Part shown: piece after piece, positions 56,046 through 64,000 of the stretch
How the letters are laid out: each line of letters begins with the position of its first letter
Position numbering within the stretch: position 1 is the stretch's first letter
NCBI RefSeq assembly: GCF_009914755.1
Contig: NC_060931.1
Strand: one strand, 5' to 3'
Length of the DNA: 64,000 nt
Source: the human T2T-CHM13v2.0 reference genome, Homo sapiens
Translations under genes and position numbers: made by a program
The notes under the pieces: generated by a model
The model's input: the letters and a program-made list of their open reading frames with translations, nothing else
Told to the model about the DNA's origin: nothing
The model's database searches: none

Positions 56046-58373
56046 ATTTTTTCTGTAAGTTGATTTGAGTCTTTTCTGATAAACTGGCATGACTTCATTT
56101 GACCATTATGATTTTCTCAGGGAATGTATTTTTAACTAACAATTCTCAACAGCAAGAGTTCAGATATTTTACAACCTTATCAAGTTGGAAGTCAATCTAT
56201 ATAAACATGGATGTCATCCTAGTTTTACAGTCTGCTAGAGAAAATGACCTTAATAGCCAGAGTTTTAGTTCCCTGGAGAACAAGAACCAGTTTTGGAATT
56301 TAGATAGTAATGGCATTTCGGCATCCCTTGCCAGCCCCACTCCTTTAATTCTCTTTGAACTTTGTCTTTCTCATGATTAGTTCACAATGAGCTACATAAA
56401 CCTTTGGCATGTGCTCACAAACGTATTTGTTTGCTTCTTGTAGTTCTGCTCTTCGCATCCACACCCCTTAGCATAGCCAGCTGATGGTAGAAAGCTCCCG
56501 GCTCTCCTGGGCTTGTAACCCTCCTGAGGAAACAATGTCAGTTTCCTTTTGTTTTTGGGACCCTCCAGCCAGTGCAAGGGAACCTAGCCTATCCTTGAGA
56601 CCCTTTCGAGCAGAGGAGAGCCATCCTTCACCCTGGATCTCACACTTCACACCACCTTCCTTGAAATATCTGAGAATGCTCTCCTGCTTTCTAGCTTTCT
56701 TGATTGTATGCCAAATTTAATGATACGCATTTCTTCTTGTGCATAGAAGCTTAGAAAAACATTCTGATTTCCAAGTCCTATGCACACCCTCAATGATCTT
56801 TTTGCTTTCCCCCAAGAGCAAAGGACCCATTGTTTATAAACATCTGAGTGATTCCCATCCCTGGAAGCAGGAATCTTCAGGAGAAAGTAGGTGGAGGCCA
56901 CAGTATACTTGTAAAAACTGCAGGAGAGGAATGTCTTTCCCAGCTTTAAAAATATTCCTGCAGTGGGGAAAATTAGTTACGATTATTTTGGAGCAGATAT
57001 TATTCAAGATACCACGTTTAAGAAAAACAGCAAATAAAAGATCATAGATCTCTTTCTCATACTGACTGTATTCCAGCATGAGCCACAAACATGAAGTGAA
57101 AATGTCCAAATTCATTCCTAAGGGACACTCCGTGGCAAGTGCTACACCGGAAGTTGCCAGGAAAGAGAGTAAGAGTCCTTCCTTTGCCTGGTCTAAAGGG
57201 TGCTGGAGAGATTCTTTGAAACCCTGGAAATGAGATTTGAAGAATGAGTAGAGCATCACTGTTGAAAGAATGTTCATGGATGGCTTATTTCAGAGAATGA
57301 GGCAGTATTCTCCATTCCAAGAGGCTACCAAGTGCCTTATGGAAACAGGAGAATATCTTCTTCCCCCAAATGTCCCTCTCCAGCTACGAATCTATGCTTC
57401 ACTGTTTACAACTGGTACCGTCAGAGGAAAAACCAAGATGCTTCAAAAAGACACTTTCTAAGGGCACACCTTCCTCCACAGGCATGAACACTGTTTGTTA
57501 GTGTGGATCTGTCTTGTTTTCTTCTGCTTGGGGTTTTAGGCAAGTAGTGTGAAGCTCTTGCTTGCTTTTCTCTCATTCTATGAAGTTAGAGTGAGGAACA
57601 CCTCTTTAAAAGAAAGATTTTCAAGAGAATATACAAGGAAATTTAAATGGAAAGACAGATTAAAGTAAGTAATCAGCCCTTTTTTTTTTAAAGCACAGAA
57701 AGGGTAAAAATGAAATTAACAGCTTGAAAAAGAAATAAGCAAATTTAAAAATTTATTCTGTGCCTTTCCAATGCAGTTAAGCTTCTCATTGACTTCTTAC
57801 AAAGTCGTTTCACACCAGCCTCCAAGATCGCCCTCCACTCATTCTCACCATAATGCAGAGACTGCAGGGATTTTACCATTTCCCTTCATATTAACAACCT
57901 GGCTGTTACACAGGCTGCTGGAGGCAGAGGAAAGAAGGCAGCTTTCTATGCATTTCTCACCTCTTCATTGACCAGCCTTCCTTTTGTTGGAATTAGTGAT
58001 TACACAGGTCAGCACTAGTAAATTTTCTCTGCATGTAGATATGATAAACTCCACAAGTAACATAGTCAATGAGCAGATGTGAGGTTAGCTGCACAACTTT
58101 TGTAAAACTAAAAGGACATTGCTCATTCATATTTCCATACAATCCATCTTAAATGAAATTGAAAGATGAACCAGGCTGTGGAGGGATTAAGGCCTTAGTC
58201 ACAATTTTGTGAATTCTAAAGAAAAAATCATCAAGAATTTACTTCTGCATAACTATTCATGTGCTACTCTTCGCAAACACTTCATTAAAAAATCCAATAC
58301 TTTCAAGAAAGGTTGAACAAATCAAACCATTTTTACCTATGACCTCCTTCCCTTAAAAATCACCAAAACAAAA

Positions 58374-58771
58374 ATACATCACTGTGAATATTTGTGTCCT
58401 TTTCAAAATTCATGTTGCAACTTAATCCCCAATGCAATGGTATTAAAAGTGAGGCCTTTAGAAGGTGATTAGCCCATGAAGGCTCTGCACTCAGGACAAG
58501 AGTAGTGCTCCCATAAAAGGGTGCGATGGAGCAAGTTTGGCACTTTTTGCACTCCAGCCTTGTGAGGACACAACATTCTCTCTTTCTGCCAGGTGATGAT
58601 GCAGGAACAAGGCACCATCTGTGAAGCAGGGAGCTCTCATTGGACACCAGATCCGCTGGCACCTTGATCTTGAACTTCTCAGCCTCCAGAATTATAAGCA
58701 ATAGATTTCTATTACTTATAATTTACCCAATCTAAGGAATTTTGTTACAGCGGTATGAATCAACTAAGACA
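58374..58771 (+). mobile_element. MST (MSTD-like) MaLR solo LTR
   Basis: 'tgaatatttgtgtcc...aaaattcatgttgcaacttaatccccaatgca...ggcaccttgatcttgaacttctcagcctccagaa...aactaagaca'. Confidence 0.88.
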
Positions 58772-59657
58772 CTAATATATATATATATCTTCAATTAAAT
58801 AAGGAAAGAGCCAAAAAAAGCACACTGTAAATAATGTACTTGATAGTGTAAACTTTGGCCTAAAATAAGGGAGGATGTTAGGAGTCATCATAGATCTCCC
58901 TAAATATCTAACAATATGAATATCTCTCCCAAACTTAGTTATATGATATGAATGAGCCAAATCAGAATGTCATTTATGAATAAAAGGGAAACAAAAGAAT
59001 TTAAGCATGTCAACATAGATCTAGATGTGCACTACAGAATATCAGAGACTTGAACAATGACAGATGCACATTCAGCTATTGAGACACCCTACTTTTTCCC
59101 CCTGAAACTCAGATATTGTTGTTTTATTTTGTTTTGTTTCCCACAGAATCATCCTGAAGGTAAAAAAAGAAGCAGGAGAGAACAAAATTTAGAGTTAATT
59201 AGGCTATCACTGACCAGAGTCAGTTAGATAAACACAAATAAGCCTTTTCTGAAAAGAAAGAATTGGCATTCCAGCCTGAATTTTAGGTATGCAAACCTTT
59301 GGAGCAAAATATGCTGTATGTTAACATAGAGAATTTCCAAAAAGCAAAGGGGAATAAGTCCAACAATGGGCATAGATTAGAGCAAATTCATATTAAATTT
59401 CTTTTGAAATACTGAAGTTCATTTTTGTTCCAGTTCATTGTCTCGAATTCTTACCAAATGATTTTGGAGAGAATTGAATTGATAGAATTGATTATTAGAA
59501 AAATGAGTTGAAAACAAACTATTTAGAACCTACCTCTGTTTTTTATGCATAAAAAACAGTATCAGAATATAATGAATATAAGGCTAATGAAGAATGCATG
59601 TGTAAGACTTGCTTCAGCAAAGCTAAGGAATGTTAAGACAAAATTTCTCCTACCAAG

Positions 59658-59729
59658 TCTGAGGAGCAAGAGATTAAAGGATCTGAGGAGCAAGAGATTA
59701 AAGGATCTGAGGTGCAAGAGATTAAAGGA
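59658..59729. repeat. 3 x 24-bp tandem repeat
   Basis: tctgagg(a/t)gcaagagattaaagga at 59658, 59682 and 59706. One mismatch in copy 3. Confidence 0.97.
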
Positions 59730-59733
59730 GAGA

Positions 59734-59852
59734 ATCCCTTCTAGGTCTTTTGGCTAAGATCAAGTGTAGAATCTGCTTTTATCAGTTTAATATCTGGTAC
59801 TTCCTCTATCCCAGGACAATATATTAAGTGGATTTTTGGAGCAGGGAGATGG
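59734..59852 (+). pseudogene. 3'-truncated U2 snRNA pseudogene (U2 nt 1-119)
   Basis: Ungapped match to recalled human U2 (ATCGCTTCTCGGCCTTTTGGCTAAGATCAAGTGTAGTATC...ATTTTTGGAGCAGGGAGATGG) with 10 substitutions by my count. The Sm site is retained, the branch-point recognition GTAGTA is mutated to GTAGAA, and the 3' ~70 nt are missing. Confidence 0.95.
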
Positions 59853-60447
59853 TTGAAAATAATATACATATGCTTAATGTTGACCGTTTGATCCTGCTAA
59901 TCAGATGTTCTGCATAAAACTGGTAATTGGGTAACAATTTTCCATAAATTGAAATGAGAAATGTTAGAAACACACAACCAGTTAACAGTAAGTGGCACAA
60001 CAAAAACAGCAAAAGCCCACATCTAAGCAGCAAGCTGCCATGCTGGGGTGTAACAAGCTTTGCCTATGAGCTCCTTTTCACTTACCAACTAACACAGCTG
60101 TTGCCAGGTGCTTGTTTGCAATAACGTCTCTCCACTTACTGCTGTCCTTCCTTCTGGACAGTTTGCTTTAGCATTTGCTCTGCCTTTATGTAACTCAGTT
60201 TATAATACTGGGCAAAAACAAGGACTCTGTCAGAAAGTCAAAGTGGAAGCAGTTTTAGGACTAGTGCAGTAAACAGTAGAGAATGGCTCCTAATAAGTGG
60301 GCACAGCAAAGCCTCTCCTAGTGAAAGTCACTGTCCAAAAACATTTTCTATTTGCCTGCACTTGGTGCACACATGTTTTTCAGTATCTAGGTGAGATCGT
60401 GATGTTCCGTGAATCATATTCAGAATATCAATGTAAGTTTTCTGACA

Positions 60448-61700
60448 TTTTTGCTTTTAGTTTGGTAAAACAACATAAAATTTAGAATCCTAACCATTTT
60501 CAAGTGTACAATTCAGTGACACCAAACACACTCACAATGCTGCACAATCACCACCACCATCCATCTCCAGAACACTTTCACATCCCAAACAAAAGCCCCC
60601 ACCAAGGAATGATAACTCCCCTTTCCCCTTTCCCTTGGCCCCTGCAACCTCCATTCTGCTTCTGTCTCTAGGAATTCACCCAATCTAGGTGCTGATAGAA
60701 GGCAAACCATACAAAACAGACGCTTTTGTGCATAACTTATTTTACCCAGCACAATGTTCTCAAAATTCATCAGTATTGTAGCATGTATCAGAACATCACT
60801 ACTTTTAAAAGGAAAAAGTATTCATTGCATGCATACACCACACTGCATCTATCCATCCAACTGTCTGCTGAAGGAAACCTGGGCAGCCTCCATCCTTTGG
60901 CTACTGTGAACAATGCTGCTATGAACACGAGTGTACACATGTTTGTGTGAATGCTTGTTTTCAATTCTTTCCACTGTACACCTAGAAGTGAAACCACTGG
61001 ATTTCATAGCAATTCTATGTTTAAGTTTTTGAGAAAACACCAAATTGCAGCAGCTGCCCCATTTGACATTGCTACCAGCAATACAGCAGGATTCCAATTT
61101 CTCCACATCCCCACCAACACTGATTTTCTATATTTTTTAAGTAATAGTCATTCTAATAGATATGCAGTAGTCTTTTATTATGGTTTTGATCTCTATTTTT
61201 CTAATAACTAGTGATGTTGAACATATTTTTATGTATTTATTGTCATGTCTATTCAGTCTTTTGCTCACTTTTAAGTTGCGTTTTTTTTGTTGTTGTTGTT
61301 ATTCTTGAGCTGTAGGAGTTCCATCTATAATCTAGATATTAATTCCATGTCATTTGTATATGGTTTACAAATATTTTCTCCTATTTGTGGAATGTCTTTT
61401 CACTCTTTTGATAGCATCCCATGATAACTAGAAGGGATTTTTTTTAAAAAAATTAGAAAGTCCAATTTAATTAATTTTTTATTTCAGTTTTAAGTGTCAA
61501 ATCTAATTTAAAAAGACTGAATCAAATGTCATGAAGATTACCTCTCATATTATTTTCTAAGAGTTTTAGCATCTTAGATCTTAAACTTAAGTGTTTGATG
61601 CATTTGGAGTTAAATCTTGTATATGGTTGTAAAAGTTTGGGTTCCAGGTTTACTCTTTTGTATGACTACATGTGATTTTTGTATAAAATGCTTTGAAAAG
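60448..61700 (-). mobile_element. L1MB-type 3' UTR and ORF2 tail
   Basis: 'ggtaaaacaacataaaatttagaatcctaaccattttcaagtgtacaattcagtg...ccatctccagaac'. ORF 60788-60997 (HTNMCTLVFIAALFTVAKGW). Confidence 0.85.
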
Positions 61701-62023
61701 TGTGTATTGCCTATAAGTCTCCCTATATCAACACTGGTTGAAAAGCATATTTATAGTTTCTAACATTCTATCATGTTTGAATTAAGAGTTCAGGAGGCAT
61801 TCTGAGAAAATCAATAGCTTGGGAGATGTTCTGTGAAGCCCCCCTGTTACAAATGGTATTAATTTGATGGCAAGAGTATGTTTTATTCAAAATTACTTAC
61901 ATTGTTTCTTTTTTCTTTTTGCAAAGACTATGTTAGGTCACTAGGAACACCACAATACATTCCATAAAGTATGATGCAAGTGACACTTGTTTTACAACAG
62001 TGTAGTAATATTTTTTATAACTA

Positions 62024-62494
<471 letters not shown>

Positions 62495-64000
62495 TTATAG
62501 CATGTAAGTTCCACCTGGTTCAGAGGACTCCTTCAACAGAAGATGCTTTACTATTCCCAGGATACAGCCAGGTCCTGCACAGTTGAGGCCAACATGTATT
62601 GAACCAGCAGCATCCCCAAGACAGCTGCTTGGCTCGGGATGTAAGGCTGCACTGGTCACACTTGACTGAGGCCCAGAGAGCAGACCAGAGCAGCCCGTGC
62701 CCATGGAGCTCAAGAACTGTGCAAGGAGAAGTCCGCACAAATAGGATGCCCACTGTCCCCCATTTCCACAGAGCAGTTGCCCTGGCACACAAAGAGGAGA
62801 GGGTCATTTATCAGAAGAGACAATCACTTGAAATAGGGTGAGTGAAGTGACTGATATGCCCTCCATATATCTGCCGGCCTTACGTTTCACCACCAAACTC
62901 CAATCGCATCTTCATTGCTTGTCAGAGTATGATCGGGACCACTTGTGTCAGGGTGACTCAGGATGCTTGGAAACCCCATTCCTGCATCCATGCAAGACCT
63001 ACTGAGTCAACATTTCTTTTGGTAGATCTCAACAATCCATGTTGCTACAAGAGACCTGGACTTGAAAATTAAAGTTTGAGATTCCCAACTCTCTTTTTAT
63101 TTATGTTTTGCATGCTTGAGATATCAAGGTTACCATGCAGTTATTAGTATAATTTTATGTTTTCAATAAGTTTCTCATTATTTATTTTCTAGGCATGCTT
63201 TTCAGTGTTCTAATATTCACAGCTATTTTCTTTATTTTCTCCATTTTTTTCTCCAGAATTCTGTATTGGCTGCTTCATGGCCTTTGCTTCTGGTCAACTC
63301 AGGGCTAAATGGTATGGCCAGTGGCCCCAGCAATCTACACCTGATGATGGAGACCACGAAGTGTGTGATCTTAGGAGGTAAAATTCTGTTGATGATCAGC
63401 AACAACTGATGTAGCTCCCAGAAAACATAGCCCTGCCATCTTTGACAACTATTCCTCCAAAGTTATAGTAGATGGTCTAGTGAAAATTAGCTTGTGGGAT
63501 GCAAGGTGGACAAGAAGACTATCCTACCAAGTAGGTGTCTTACCTTGAGTCTTCCATGATTTGAAAGTGTCCATGTATTTCGCGGTGTTCTGATGTGTCA
63601 CAACATTTCTTCAACACTCCTGTAATCCCAGGGGGACTAAATTCAGAGAGAGAAATAACAAAAACACAATTTAGAAACCAAAAGAGAAAATGCTGACTCC
63701 AATCATCTACCCACAGGGTTTAACCCTAGCTAAGAAATCAGTGTTATTAAATACCTGAATATTTGGCTTTCAGCCATGAAGTACTTGGCAGTGTTTGAGG
63801 AATTTCCTAGAGTAGTTCTACGTCCATCCTTGTCAAGAAGAAGAAGAAGCAATGTTTGTTGTCGAGTATGCCAGAGTCCTGAATCCTATCCACCAAATCA
63901 GTTTAGCCTTTTTTAGAGATGCTAGATCCTATGCCCTGACAAGCTTTGTTACAGACTTTTTTTCACTGAATTATTTTTAATCTCCTAGTAATTTTAAGAT

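Noticed and set aside
56834-57277. 147-aa minus-strand ORF as a gene
   Set aside because: No recognisable domain or homolog, no clear exon structure, and the length is compatible with chance in 64 kb.
59658-59729. 24-bp direct repeats as a CRISPR-like array
   Set aside because: The units are head to tail with no spacers, there are no cas genes, and the context is primate DNA.
59734-59852. Functional U2 snRNA gene
   Set aside because: It lacks the 3' stem-loops, the branch-point recognition sequence is mutated, and I see no recognisable PSE upstream or 3' box downstream.

Overview
This is AT-rich, CpG-poor primate genomic DNA (catarrhine, probably human or ape, since an AluY-type element is present). 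Most of the window is nested transposon fossils: L1PA, L1PB and L1M LINEs, Alus, L2, MIR, MaLR/ERV LTRs, a near-full-length Tigger1 and a MADE1 MITE. I find no credible protein-coding gene. The ORFs supplied are TE remnants (L1 ORF1/ORF2, Tigger1 transposase), Alu-derived frames or chance ORFs. The most notable items are: (i) a ~184-nt non-L1 polyadenylated insert with ATTAAA and a 19-bp target-site duplication (TSD) inside an old L1 (49663-49846); (ii) a 3'-truncated U2 snRNA pseudogene directly after a 3x24-bp tandem repeat; (iii) a clean twin-primed, 5'-inverted L1PB; (iv) a two-LTR MLT1A-type MaLR provirus; (v) a MADE1 (miR-548-type) hairpin inside an L1; (vi) + strand splice signals suggesting a 24-nt microexon and a possible lncRNA exon pair. 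I cannot support a new biological system from this sequence. Subfamily names come from recalled consensus sequences, and boundaries of old repeats are approximate.
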